Assembly (NCBI GenBank): GCA_963668025.2
Contig: CAXXTH010000014.1
Coordinates: 64,001-128,000 of the forward strand
Source of the DNA: Candidatus Hydrogenedentota bacterium
GTDB lineage: Bacteria; Hydrogenedentota; Hydrogenedentia; Hydrogenedentales; SLHB01
Direction of reading: 5' to 3'
Length of the DNA stretch: 64,000 bases
Part shown: in pieces, positions 20,108-29,802 of the stretch
Position numbering within the stretch: the first letter of the stretch is position 1
Layout: each line of letters starts with the position of its first letter
Translations under genes and position numbers: made by a program
The notes under the pieces: model-generated
What the model was told of the DNA's origin: nothing
Databases searched by the model: none
Seen by the model: the letters and a program-made list of their open reading frames with translations, nothing else

Positions 20108-20554
20108 GTGTCTGGAAATTTAAAAGACAAACTGATTCTTGAACTGCAAGGCATACGTATTACCACGGAGAGCATTCAGACCCCCAAAGGCCGGCATGCA
20201 ATACGCGAGATAACGCATGTCCGTATCGAAGAGCGCGCTAAAACACCTCGTTCCCGCTCCAAATGGCGCATAGTGCGCGATGCGGCGGCATGCATTGCCA
20301 TCATGGCGTTCGGTGTTTGGAGCTATATCAAATGGGAAAACGCATGGGCTTCGCTCCTGCTCATCGCGGCGCCAAGCATCATCATCCTTGATCTCATCAT
20401 GTCGCTTTTCTCATGGTCCTACCGCAGCCGGATATCCGTCCAATATGTGGTGGTGCTCACGAAAAAAGAAGGCGATGTGCCGCTGATCGCCTGCGGCAAG
20501 CAAGAGATGGCGCGCCAATATAAAGACGCCATCGAACTAGCCTTGCAGCGATAG
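20108..20554 (+). CDS. Small membrane protein (DUF6232-like)
   Basis: Beta-rich N-terminus (IRITTESIQTPKGRHAIREITHVRI), two TM helices, C-terminal YVVVL...IELAL; GTG start. Confidence 0.6.
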   Translation: MSGNLKDKLILELQGIRITTESIQTPKGRHAIREITHVRIEERAKTPRSRSKWRIVRDAAACIAIMAFGVWSYIKWENAWASLLLIAAPSIIILDLIMSLFSWSYRSRISVQYVVVLTKKEGDVPLIACGKQEMARQYKDAIELALQR

Positions 20555-20588
20555 AGGCGCATGCGCCACCCCGAGTGTTGCATTCGCC

Positions 20589-21713
20589 TCACCGGCAGGT
20601 TCGTGCGGTCTCCACGACAGCGAGTACGTTTTCAAGCGGAATATCGTAGAACAGATAGTCCGACGCCGCCACCATATGTTTCGAGCCTCGAGTGGCGTCA
20701 ATAACCCGCTTGGTTTCGCGCTGGACATCTTCAACGGTTCCTTGAAGCAATATATCGAGGCCAATATTGCCGCGCGTACACATGCTGGAAGGAAGGAGCT
20801 TGCGCGCCTCGGCCAACGATGCGACATTGCCTACCGGCGGAGGCGAAAGGGTCTCGAAGAGATCAATGCCCATCAGGCCATAATACCCCATGGTGAGAAA
20901 TGGCTCGATGGGCGAGCAAATATGCGAATACACCAGGCCCCCCGCATCATGCACGGCCTTCGTGATCGCCTGTGAATCCGGCACGATATAGGCCTCATAT
21001 AATTCCGGCGACATCATCTCCCGGCCCGGCCCGCCGAGAAATATGAAATCCGCACCCGCGCAAATCACCGCCTGGCACAATTTGATGTTCACTTCGCGAA
21101 TCGCATCGCATAACAGCCGGTAACGGTCTGGGTCCGTCATGGCGAACATGACGACATCCGGCACCGTGGCCAGGCAAAACATCTCGAAGGGCTGTACGGA
21201 CCACTGGATGCTAACAGGCCATTGCGGATGAACCTGCGCCAATACCGGCCCCACCATCTCAGCTATGCGCGGCAACGCCTTATAATGCTGCTCGATGTAC
21301 CAATAAACAATATCAAACGGGTCGTTTTTTTGACAGGCCTCCATATACGAAATCGGATACCGAGTGGGTGTGCCGCTTTGATGAGGATGCTCATGAATGA
21401 GCCAACGAAGCTCACCGTACGGGGTCTCCAGCCAGCTTGTGGAATGCTTCCCGCCATTCTCCAAGCGCGTTTCACTCTTCCATGCCAGCTCTGGCACAAT
21501 ATCGCCCAATCCCGGCAGGCCCAGATTGATGAGCCCATCGCATCCCACCCGGTTATATGCATCCATGGTGTCTTGCACCGTGCCATCGCTGACCCATTCT
21601 TTACCCGCCAGTTTCACATCGAAACCGCCGCCAGCGCCGATTTGCAAGGATACATACACGTTATCTTCGCCATGCCGGATATGATTAATAAACCGCTCGC
21701 GCATCGTCATCAT
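20589..21713 (-). CDS. Uroporphyrinogen decarboxylase superfamily (MtaA/CmuA-like) protein
   Basis: MTMRERF start, AGADFIF, MMSPELYEAYIVP, YSHIC, LAEARK..TRGNI, DIPLENV. Confidence 0.85.
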   Translation of the reverse strand: MMTMRERFINHIRHGEDNVYVSLQIGAGGGFDVKLAGKEWVSDGTVQDTMDAYNRVGCDGLINLGLPGLGDIVPELAWKSETRLENGGKHSTSWLETPYGELRWLIHEHPHQSGTPTRYPISYMEACQKNDPFDIVYWYIEQHYKALPRIAEMVGPVLAQVHPQWPVSIQWSVQPFEMFCLATVPDVVMFAMTDPDRYRLLCDAIREVNIKLCQAVICAGADFIFLGGPGREMMSPELYEAYIVPDSQAITKAVHDAGGLVYSHICSPIEPFLTMGYYGLMGIDLFETLSPPPVGNVASLAEARKLLPSSMCTRGNIGLDILLQGTVEDVQRETKRVIDATRGSKHMVAASDYLFYDIPLENVLAVVETARTCR

Positions 21714-21991
21714 GATGCCCTTTCCCATAGTTTCCATATCATGGAGCTTCCAAAGAAATACGCTATGCTTGTTCCCACTGCATTCATGGCTACGGCCAGC
21801 ACTCCACATTCATCGAAAAGACTAGAAATAGAATGAATGGAGAATGCGGCTGCCCGCCAATGATTTCATGCCTCCTTTCTTAAGTTTTGCAGTTGTCTCC
21901 GATCTTTGGATGGCCAGCTCCAGTAAAGAAACCACAAAAACGGGCATACCATATATTTCTCCGTATGCGCCATTCAAGTATTTCTAAAATA

Positions 21992-23813
21992 GAGGCATTT
22001 GCGAAATAAAGAAAATCCGTATTGACAAGGGTTTACAAAGCGGCGGAATTGGCGCCTACCCCGGAGAATGCGGGGAAAGGGGCTTGGCGGGGGCATGAAT
22101 AAGGATTTTTTGTGAAAAATCACCCCAAATGCCCTCGGCGAGCGGGAAAAGGCGTAACGTCTCCCGTGTGTGATTGTAGTATAGTTGACCACATAACCAC
22201 GCACACACCAAGGAGACGTTTGCGATGGCCATTATACACCAAATGGGGTTGTTCTCGTGGAACCAGGTCGACGCGGCGTCGGATCTGGATCGGCTGAACC
22301 TGTTGCTGGCGGCGCTGCCGGATGAAGATTTGATGCGGGCGATGGAAGCCGAACGCAAGGGGCGGCGCGACGATTATCCTATCCGCGCGATGTGGAACAG
22401 CATACTGGCGGGGATCGTCTTCCAGCACGACGGCGTCGAAAGCCTGCGCCGCGAACTAGCCCGAAACGGGCAATTGCGCCAGTTGTGCGGATTCGACGTG
22501 TTGCGGGGCGCCAAGGCGGTCCCGCCCGAATGGGTGTACACGCGGTTCTTCGCCAGATTACTGCGCCACTGGAAAGAAGTGGACCGGATGTTCGACGCGC
22601 TCATCGTCCGGCTGATGGAACGCTTGCCGGATCTCGGGGTGCGTCTGGCCGTAGACTCGAAAGCCATCCAAACCCACGCCAAGCCTCCGCGCAAAGACGC
22701 GGTCCTGGAAAACGAAGAGCCGGACGGGCGGCGCGACCGCGACGCAGACTGGGGCACGAAAACCTACAAGGGCGTTCACAAGGACGGCACGCCCTGGGAG
22801 AAGGTCAAACGGTGGTTCGGCTACAAGCTGCACCTCATCGTGGACACGAAATACGAATTGCCGCTGGGCTACGCGGTCACGAAAGCCAGCGCCAACGACT
22901 CGCCCTTTCTGCTGCCCCTCGTGGCGGCTCTCGACGCGCGCCACCCCGAACTCGTCCAACGCGCCGAGTACCTCAGCGCCGACAAGGGCTATGATTCCGA
23001 AGCCAACAACAAGGGCCTCTTCGAGGAACATGAAATCCGGCCCATCGTGGACATCCGGGCGACCTGGAAAGAAGAACCGGAACGGCCCCGCCCTTTATAT
23101 CCCGAACGGGTAGACACGATCTTCCATACCGAACGAGGTGAAGTCCTCTGCCGGTGTCGTAACGGCGCCCCAAACGAACGCGACAACTATGATTCCATGG
23201 CCTACCAAGGATTCGAGCAAGATCGGGGAACCTTGAAATACCGTTGCCCAGCCAAGGCACGCGGGAGCGCCTGTACCCAGCAAGACCTCTGCAACCAAGG
23301 ATGCCAGCCCGAACACGGACGGATTGTCCGCGTGCCCATCGCTATCGACCGGCGCATCTTTACCCCCCTGCCCCGCAGCGCCAAATCCTGGCGCCGCGAA
23401 TACAAACACCGCACCGCCATCGAGCGAGTCAACAGCCGACTCGACGGCGCATACGGATTCGAGCGCCACTACATCCGCGGTATGAAAAAGATGCGCGCCC
23501 GCACCGGATTAGCCCTCCTCGTCATGCTCGGCATGGCCCTGGGATGGCTCGAAGCCGGCCAGGCAGAACGCATGCGCTCGCTCCTCGGACAGCCCCGCGC
23601 CGCATAGATCACATCGAATCCGCACAAGCAATGATGGCCCGAATCAAGGGCAAACCATGCCCATTCGGGCCGCAAGGGTCCTACACGCGAACCTCCTGCA
23701 TGATTTATTGCACCCGTAGCGGAGGCGTAATCCCATTGCCACAGGCGAAAACCGCTCCGCGTGTGCCCGCACCGTCCGCGCGTTCGCAAACCACGCTATT
23801 TCGCAAATGCCTC
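21992..23813 (+). mobile_element. Insertion sequence, IS5/IS1182-like DDE element (1822 bp)
   Basis: Perfect 17-bp terminal inverted repeats GAGGCATTTGCGAAATA (21992-22008 and 23797-23813); 5-bp target duplication AAATA (21987-21991 and 23814-23818). Confidence 0.93.
22225..23607 (+). CDS. DDE transposase
   Basis: LAVDSK, WFGYKLHLIVD, LSADKGYDS, YKHRTAIERVNSRL; SD AAGGAG. Confidence 0.95.
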   Translation: MAIIHQMGLFSWNQVDAASDLDRLNLLLAALPDEDLMRAMEAERKGRRDDYPIRAMWNSILAGIVFQHDGVESLRRELARNGQLRQLCGFDVLRGAKAVPPEWVYTRFFARLLRHWKEVDRMFDALIVRLMERLPDLGVRLAVDSKAIQTHAKPPRKDAVLENEEPDGRRDRDADWGTKTYKGVHKDGTPWEKVKRWFGYKLHLIVDTKYELPLGYAVTKASANDSPFLLPLVAALDARHPELVQRAEYLSADKGYDSEANNKGLFEEHEIRPIVDIRATWKEEPERPRPLYPERVDTIFHTERGEVLCRCRNGAPNERDNYDSMAYQGFEQDRGTLKYRCPAKARGSACTQQDLCNQGCQPEHGRIVRVPIAIDRRIFTPLPRSAKSWRREYKHRTAIERVNSRLDGAYGFERHYIRGMKKMRARTGLALLVMLGMALGWLEAGQAERMRSLLGQPRAA

Positions 23814-23851
23814 AAATATAAAACGCCTGATCTCATTTGCACCAAATGCCC

Positions 23852-23900
23852 TTGACAAACAGGCTTTTCCCATGATTTAATGTCTGAAAATGAATTCAGA
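23852..23900 (+). promoter_or_regulatory. Putative sigma70 promoter of lexA with adjacent palindromic operator (candidate SOS box)
   Basis: TTGACA 23852-23857; 18-nt spacer; extended -10 TGnTTTAAT (23873-23881); TCTGAA-N6-TTCAGA palindrome 23883-23900 over the predicted start site. Confidence 0.65.
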
Positions 23901-23938
23901 TCTCATGCCGACGCATTACCTGATTCAGGAGGGGAACA

Positions 23939-24556
23939 ATGGCCAAGGGGCTGACGCAACGCCAAGCGGATATCCTAGATTATATTATCGAATGCATTCG
24001 CGCCGATGGTATGCCGCCCACCATTGCGGAGATCGGCTCTACATTCCGCATATCTTCCACCAATGGCGTGAATGACCACTTAGTGGCCTTGGAAAAAAAG
24101 GGCTATATCACCCGTTCCTCCAAAGCCCGTTCCATTCATGTGACCGAACAGGCCTCGGCGGGATTATATGAGACCCAAGTCGCCATGGCCCCCTTGGTCG
24201 GCCGTATCGCGGCGGGGACGCCCGTATTGGCGCACGAGAATATCGATGGACAAGTCCCCATTGGCGCGCGCATTGCCGCTCCCGGCGTGTTTGCACTCAC
24301 CGTACGCGGTGAAAGCATGATTGAAGATGCGATTCTGGATGGCGATACGATTATCGTGGATCCCAATATCGCGCCTAATCTGGGAGATATCGTAGTTGCG
24401 CTGGTGGAAGATGAAGCCACGGTCAAACGGTACTACCGCCACGGCAACATGATCGAGTTGCGGCCCGCCAACGCATCCATGCAGCCCATTCTCGTCCCCG
24501 CCCGTTCCGTCCGCATTCAAGGAATTGTCGTGGCGCTACAACGCTCGATGCGATGA
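23939..24556 (+). CDS. lexA: SOS repressor LexA
   Basis: LTQRQ..PPTIAEI..STNGVNDHLVALEKKGYI wHTH; VGRIAAG cleavage site; VRGESM (Ser) and EATVKR (Lys) catalytic dyad. Confidence 0.97.
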   Translation: MAKGLTQRQADILDYIIECIRADGMPPTIAEIGSTFRISSTNGVNDHLVALEKKGYITRSSKARSIHVTEQASAGLYETQVAMAPLVGRIAAGTPVLAHENIDGQVPIGARIAAPGVFALTVRGESMIEDAILDGDTIIVDPNIAPNLGDIVVALVEDEATVKRYYRHGNMIELRPANASMQPILVPARSVRIQGIVVALQRSMR

Positions 24557-24563
24557 CAGGACA

Positions 24564-25373
24564 TTACACATTTAGTACGCGCAACACGTTCTGATACTGG
24601 ACCGCGCTGTTTCCCAGCGCCGCGATGCCTGTTCGCTGCATCAGGTCATCCCGGGTTTGCTCCATGACGCCTCGGGCGATATCAAGATCACGAATCTGAG
24701 AAACCGCCTCCGCTATATTCACGCCCGTATTGCGCCTTTCTGATATGGCGCTTTCAATCGTGTTCATTTGCGCGCCCATGCCGGAACGTGCGGAATTGAT
24801 TTGATTAGCGGCCGTATTCAAGGCCGTAAGCGCATTCGCCGCGCCCTCCGGCGTCGTCAGCTCCAGTCCATTCAGCCCCAAAGCATTCACGGTTGTCGTG
24901 GGAAGCGTAATCTGTACGCCGGTATTCGCGCCTAATTCAACCGTCGTCTGCGTTCCGTTAAGCAAGGCAGTATTGTTAAATTGCGTCCCCGTGGCCGTGC
25001 CGTTGATTCCCTCGATGAGCTGCTGGGCCTCCTGATTGAGGGCGGTGCGATTCTCCGCCGTCATCGTGCCGTTGGCCGCTTGCAGCGCCAAATCTTGCAA
25101 GCGCTGGACCGCCCCTCCCTGGGCCGCCAAACCGCCTTCCGCCGTTTCCGCGAGAGTATAACCATTCTGATAAGCGGCTATCTCTGCTTGGTATTGGTTT
25201 AGCAACGCTTGCGCGTTTTCTGAAATGGCCAAACCCGCTGCATCATCCGCAGCCTGGTTTATACGAAGACCCGTCGCTAACTGGGCATTAGAACGCAAGA
25301 GCGCTTCGCTGGTGCGTCCTACTTGCTGCGCCGCGTTCAGCGCCGCATTGTTCGTGTTAATACGCATGCCCAT
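24564..25373 (-). CDS. Flagellin-like protein (short, 269 aa)
   Basis: MRINTN..LATGLRINQAADDAAGLAISE N-terminus; TQFN..LL; RSGMGAQMN..SQIRDLD C-terminus. Confidence 0.88.
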   Translation of the reverse strand: MGMRINTNNAALNAAQQVGRTSEALLRSNAQLATGLRINQAADDAAGLAISENAQALLNQYQAEIAAYQNGYTLAETAEGGLAAQGGAVQRLQDLALQAANGTMTAENRTALNQEAQQLIEGINGTATGTQFNNTALLNGTQTTVELGANTGVQITLPTTTVNALGLNGLELTTPEGAANALTALNTAANQINSARSGMGAQMNTIESAISERRNTGVNIAEAVSQIRDLDIARGVMEQTRDDLMQRTGIAALGNSAVQYQNVLRVLNV

Positions 25374-25580
25374 GCCGCACCCTCCACCATGGCGTGCCCT
25401 GTAACAATTTATACTTTAAATCACACTTATTATATTCCTCACTTTGAAAATCCACAAGACTTTGTTTCATATAAAGAATGGCATGGCGAATCTCTACCTT
25501 ACGTCTCCGGCTCTTTGATTGCGGTTTTACCGCGCGTTAAGCCGTTGCGCCGCGCTATAATTGTTCCACCGTATTGCGCC

Positions 25581-27047
25581 TTAGCTTCGCATGCGCTCAA
25601 TCAGATTCGTCGTGGATTGTCCTTCCACGCCGGGAAGCAAGGCGATGCGCCCGCCATAACCTTCAATCAACCGCCGCTCTTCCTGGTTAATGGTGTCGAT
25701 GGTGTAATCGCCGCCTTTCGCATAGACATCCGGTTTCAATCGTTGGAGCGCCATGACCGTCGTCGGTTCGCTGAATAAGACCACATAATCCACGCACGCG
25801 AGCGCCGACAACACCATGGCGCGTTCGTGTTCCGGCATGACCGGCCGCGAAGGGCCTTTGATGGCGCGCACCGATGCATCGGAATTCATGCCCACCACCA
25901 GCACATCCCCTTCACTCGCCGCCCCTTGCAGATACAGCACATGCCCGGCATGGAGGATATCGAAACAGCCATTGGTCCACACCACGCGCTTGCCTTCCGC
26001 TTGAAGCCGAGGCGCCAGCGCCTCAAGTTCCTCGATGGTCCGCAGCTTCGCCGGTTTTTCTTCAGTGAAAGCGGCTTCCAACTCGGCCCGGGTGACGGCG
26101 GCCGCACCTGCTTGGCGGACGGCGATCCCAGCGGCGGCATTTCCCAACAAGGCCGCCTCTTCAAACGTGCCGCCAGCGGCCAGACCCAGCGCAAGCGCCG
26201 CCGTCAAGGTATCGCCCGCGCCGGTGGTGTCCACGACATGGCGCGCGGATGTGGCGGCAGGCACATGAGACACGCGTCCATCCTGCTCAAAACACATAAT
26301 GCCTTTTTCACTGCGCGTGATGGCCACTCGCTGCGCCACCCGCAACAGCCTGCCGCCCGCTTCCTGTATCGAGCCGTCATCCACATGCGCCAGGCCCACG
26401 GCGCGGCACGCCTCATATGCATTGGGTGTTAGCACATCGAATCCCGCAAAATCGGCGGCCTGGCCGCGCGAATCGGCCACCGTGAGCAGCCCATGCTTTC
26501 GGGCGCACTCCACAATCGTGCGCCGGACAAGCTCCGACGCCACCGCACCCGCTTGGTCGCCCACGATAATCGCCGTGGCTTGGGACGCCCGCTCCTCAAT
26601 GAACGCGGCAATCTGCTCTTCCATCGCACGGGAAAGCGGCGTGGGAGGGGGGGTATCCATGCGAAGGATCTCTTGCGGAGGCCCGCTCGGAACGGACGCC
26701 TTCAGTTTCCCATACGTATTCGTCGGCCGGGACGCATCAGGCATCATGCCGCTGATATCGACTCCCGCACCCAATAATGCTTCCAGCAGCGCCTTGCCAT
26801 TCGAGTCATCCCCTACAACGCCAATCGCACAGACGGACGCGCCCATCGCCGCCGCGTTGCGCGCCAAATTGCCCGCCGCGCCTGGATTATGCCGCCGTTC
26901 CCGCCACTCAAAGATCGGCACGGGGGCTTCCAAGCTCACCCCCGACAGCACGCCCATGATGACTTCATCCAAATAATAGTCGCCAACCACAAGAATGCGC
27001 GCGGACGAAAAAAACGATAGAAGCTCAACCACCCGTTCATAAGTCAT
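25581..27047 (-). CDS. hldE: Bifunctional heptose 7-phosphate kinase / heptose 1-phosphate adenylyltransferase
   Basis: ILVVGD..LD, EAPVP, PGAAGN, DTTGAGDT (PfkB domain) fused to WTNGCFDILHAGH, KGPSRPV, KGGDY, STT (cytidylyltransferase-like domain). Confidence 0.92.
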   Translation of the reverse strand: MTYERVVELLSFFSSARILVVGDYYLDEVIMGVLSGVSLEAPVPIFEWRERRHNPGAAGNLARNAAAMGASVCAIGVVGDDSNGKALLEALLGAGVDISGMMPDASRPTNTYGKLKASVPSGPPQEILRMDTPPPTPLSRAMEEQIAAFIEERASQATAIIVGDQAGAVASELVRRTIVECARKHGLLTVADSRGQAADFAGFDVLTPNAYEACRAVGLAHVDDGSIQEAGGRLLRVAQRVAITRSEKGIMCFEQDGRVSHVPAATSARHVVDTTGAGDTLTAALALGLAAGGTFEEAALLGNAAAGIAVRQAGAAAVTRAELEAAFTEEKPAKLRTIEELEALAPRLQAEGKRVVWTNGCFDILHAGHVLYLQGAASEGDVLVVGMNSDASVRAIKGPSRPVMPEHERAMVLSALACVDYVVLFSEPTTVMALQRLKPDVYAKGGDYTIDTINQEERRLIEGYGGRIALLPGVEGQSTTNLIERMRS

Positions 27048-27187
27048 AAAACTGCTCCCGTGAATGATTTGGTACGATTCGGAGATATTAAACGTGAAAA
27101 CGTCCAATGAACTCAATTTCCCATTGGTTATACCCCGAAACCAAATGAAAGGTGGCAAATAGCGACAACGCCGGGCAGGCATTTGGC

Positions 27188-29626
27188 CTAAGCGGGCGCG
27201 TTTAGGCCCATCTGTTCATCGAAATAGGCCAGCGCTTCCTGGCCACCGAACTCTTTGTCTTGCAGATAGGCCGCCTCGCGCACTTGGCACAGAATCGTGG
27301 GTAGATAGGTCCGGCTCAGATCCCACCACAGCCGATGAAATTGAAGCTTCTCCCCTCCATCGACCTCCGGATGCAACAGGTGCTGGCTTGTATAACGTGA
27401 ACCCAGATTGTTTATGATAACCAGGTATATGCGCCCGTATTCAGCCGAATAGCCGATGGCGCATTTCAGGTGGCTGCGAGACTGCTCGATCAGTTTCTCC
27501 CGGTTGCCATCTCCTTCCGTGGCATTCCGCGCCGCGTTGGCTTGTACCAAAGCCAGGTGATACTCCCGGAACAGATGCGCCAATTGGTTCGTGGCCTTGG
27601 CCACTCGAGCAAGATACTGGAGTTCCGGCTCGTCCGGCTGTGCCTTAAGCGCCTTGGCCGTCATCGCCTCTGCCCGCTCCGCGATGGCTATCGCCTCGCG
27701 GACCTCGAACCGTTCCAGCCACTTCCCCACTTGCGCTGGAGTGGCTTTCTGTAGATCCTCGGGCTGCGGGGCATGGGCCATCATGAATCCGCCCGAGGCA
27801 ATCCCATCCACAGGGCCTGTAAGCCCGATCTGGGCAAAGGGGGCCATATCCACCGCCCAAGGCTTGCCATACGGGCCCCAGCGGTACATATCATAGCTTT
27901 CACTGCACGAAGGTTGTAGAAAGAAGGCGCTCGTAATTTTGTCCGTGCCTTCGAGCGCTTGATGCATGTAGTTCCCGGCATCATCCCCATATTTAGCCCG
28001 GCACCAGTTGCGTATGTATTTGTGGGCATCCAAATCCGGATGCCAGTAGGCCACTTCCATTCCGGCGACCGGGCTCGTACAGCCGATCAGCCCTTGCCCG
28101 GGCTGCACGAACGTGCGCAGCTTCTCCAGGTATAACGGCAAAGCCCAGGACAAGTGCGATTCAACGGGCGATAGGGGCGCAACGACTCCCGGGCCTCCGG
28201 CTTCGTAATAATGAAAAAGGAAATATAAAGGCACCTGCTGGCCCAACATCGTCGAATCCGGCGAAAACCAGTTCTGGAAATCTCCGCCCGGAGGCGTGGT
28301 TAGCCGCATGATGATCGCTTCCATATCCTTGCCCAACCTATGAGTGATCTCCCGGAAGCCTACGGTGGGGTCAGTTCGATACTCTGGCTGCTGCATGGAA
28401 ATCATGCCCGGCAATGCGTGTTCGCGCATCATGAACCGTATCTCCGGCTTCACCGCCCGGGCGGTATCCATGGCCAGTTGCGCATAGTCCACGATTCTGT
28501 CCACCATGGGGTAGTTCTTGCACTTGTCGCACGCGCAATTCAGTTCTCCGCCCATGTCCGAGAACTGGAGTATGATCATGTCCAATTCGGGATATGTCTC
28601 GACAAATTCCTTGATCCCAGCCACGGCGAATTTGCGCGTGGCCTCGTTGGAAGGACAGAGATTGCATCTCAGCCCGCCGGGAGTGGCCAGTATGCCGGGG
28701 TGGGCCTTCGACAGCGCCTGCCGATACTCCTCGTCGTTATTTCGCGAAGCGCACGAGAGGAAGCCCAACGGATTGATCACCATGGCCGTCAAAGCGCCAT
28801 ATTTTTTGGCGTTAGCGAATTTTTCATGCAGCCTGGCCTGTTGGCTGAGTATATACTCGCGTTTTTGTTCGCCGCCAAGCTCCGGAAAATCGGGATAGAA
28901 GATCGTGCCGGGCCAATAGTCATCGAAAGACATGGAGACGTTCAGACGCATTCGTCCGATCAGCGAGTAGGGTTCATCCACAAATGTATGCAGCGCCCAG
29001 CTTCGATATCTCACTCTCGGCACAAATGTGTCATCGAGCAGCGGAATCCCCCGCTTAGTGGTCCTCTCTTCCAATTCATACGCGCCGTACATCGCCCCTC
29101 GCTCCGAGGAGGCCGTTACCAATATAAGTCGCCGCCCGCTTTCGGTGATTGGCTTGATGATGTAGCCATCGCCGTTCATGGTGGTGTCATCGACCGCCAG
29201 GCCATGCTTCTGGGCAAGCGACGCCACCAGTCGGCTGCCGCTCATAGTTCCCATCAGTACTACATCGCCGCCCGCCGTCGTAAGTTCGAGTTTGTCCGTG
29301 TCCGCGTCAATCTCGACAATGCCCGGCTGGCCCAACTCCAGCGCCAGAACCGATTGTCTGAGCGCTTCGGCGCCCACGCGCACGCAAGCCGGCGATGACT
29401 TGGGGATAATGATTGCGTCAAGTCTCGTGCTCCAGACGGGCTGTTCGAGCAAATCGTCGCGAGAGAACCTCAGCACGAAAGGCCTATCCGGGTAGGCAAG
29501 CGGGAGCACGGCCTCGCCCGCCATCCGTTCGCTGTAATCGTAGGCATATGACTCGACATCCAGCGCAACCACCAGCAACGTACAGAAACCCAAAACACGC
29601 GCTATGTTGCGCCAATCCCTATTCAT
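27188..29626 (-). CDS. Secreted hypothetical protein with glycoside-hydrolase-like N-terminal domain (GH20/GH67-type zincin-like)
   Basis: Signal peptide; DGYII..ILVTASSERGAMYGAYEL..P..RYR pattern; Cys motifs NLCPS and CACDKC. Confidence 0.6.
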   Translation of the reverse strand: MNRDWRNIARVLGFCTLLVVALDVESYAYDYSERMAGEAVLPLAYPDRPFVLRFSRDDLLEQPVWSTRLDAIIIPKSSPACVRVGAEALRQSVLALELGQPGIVEIDADTDKLELTTAGGDVVLMGTMSGSRLVASLAQKHGLAVDDTTMNGDGYIIKPITESGRRLILVTASSERGAMYGAYELEERTTKRGIPLLDDTFVPRVRYRSWALHTFVDEPYSLIGRMRLNVSMSFDDYWPGTIFYPDFPELGGEQKREYILSQQARLHEKFANAKKYGALTAMVINPLGFLSCASRNNDEEYRQALSKAHPGILATPGGLRCNLCPSNEATRKFAVAGIKEFVETYPELDMIILQFSDMGGELNCACDKCKNYPMVDRIVDYAQLAMDTARAVKPEIRFMMREHALPGMISMQQPEYRTDPTVGFREITHRLGKDMEAIIMRLTTPPGGDFQNWFSPDSTMLGQQVPLYFLFHYYEAGGPGVVAPLSPVESHLSWALPLYLEKLRTFVQPGQGLIGCTSPVAGMEVAYWHPDLDAHKYIRNWCRAKYGDDAGNYMHQALEGTDKITSAFFLQPSCSESYDMYRWGPYGKPWAVDMAPFAQIGLTGPVDGIASGGFMMAHAPQPEDLQKATPAQVGKWLERFEVREAIAIAERAEAMTAKALKAQPDEPELQYLARVAKATNQLAHLFREYHLALVQANAARNATEGDGNREKLIEQSRSHLKCAIGYSAEYGRIYLVIINNLGSRYTSQHLLHPEVDGGEKLQFHRLWWDLSRTYLPTILCQVREAAYLQDKEFGGQEALAYFDEQMGLNAPA

Positions 29627-29802
29627 CGAATCCGTCCTCCCTTACCGTGTGGATGCGGACACAACGGCCTCATCCTAAGTTTGACACCTCAATGAGATAC
29701 AAGCAGAATAGAGAACGTTCATAACTCGCTTCAAGATCCTGGGGGATCAACAATGTTGTGCTGCACAAAATGTCTCGTGTGTTCGAGACGCGGAGGTTCA
29801 GG

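Noticed and set aside
21822-21869. 15-codon minus-strand ORF MKSLAGSRILHSFYF behind AAAGGAGG
   Set aside because: The SD-to-ATG spacing is only 1 nt, and there is no attenuator structure or other support.
25374-25440. Sigma28 promoter for the flagellin-like gene
   Set aside because: TAAA is present, but the -10 region (GCCATGG) and spacing fit GCCGATAA poorly.
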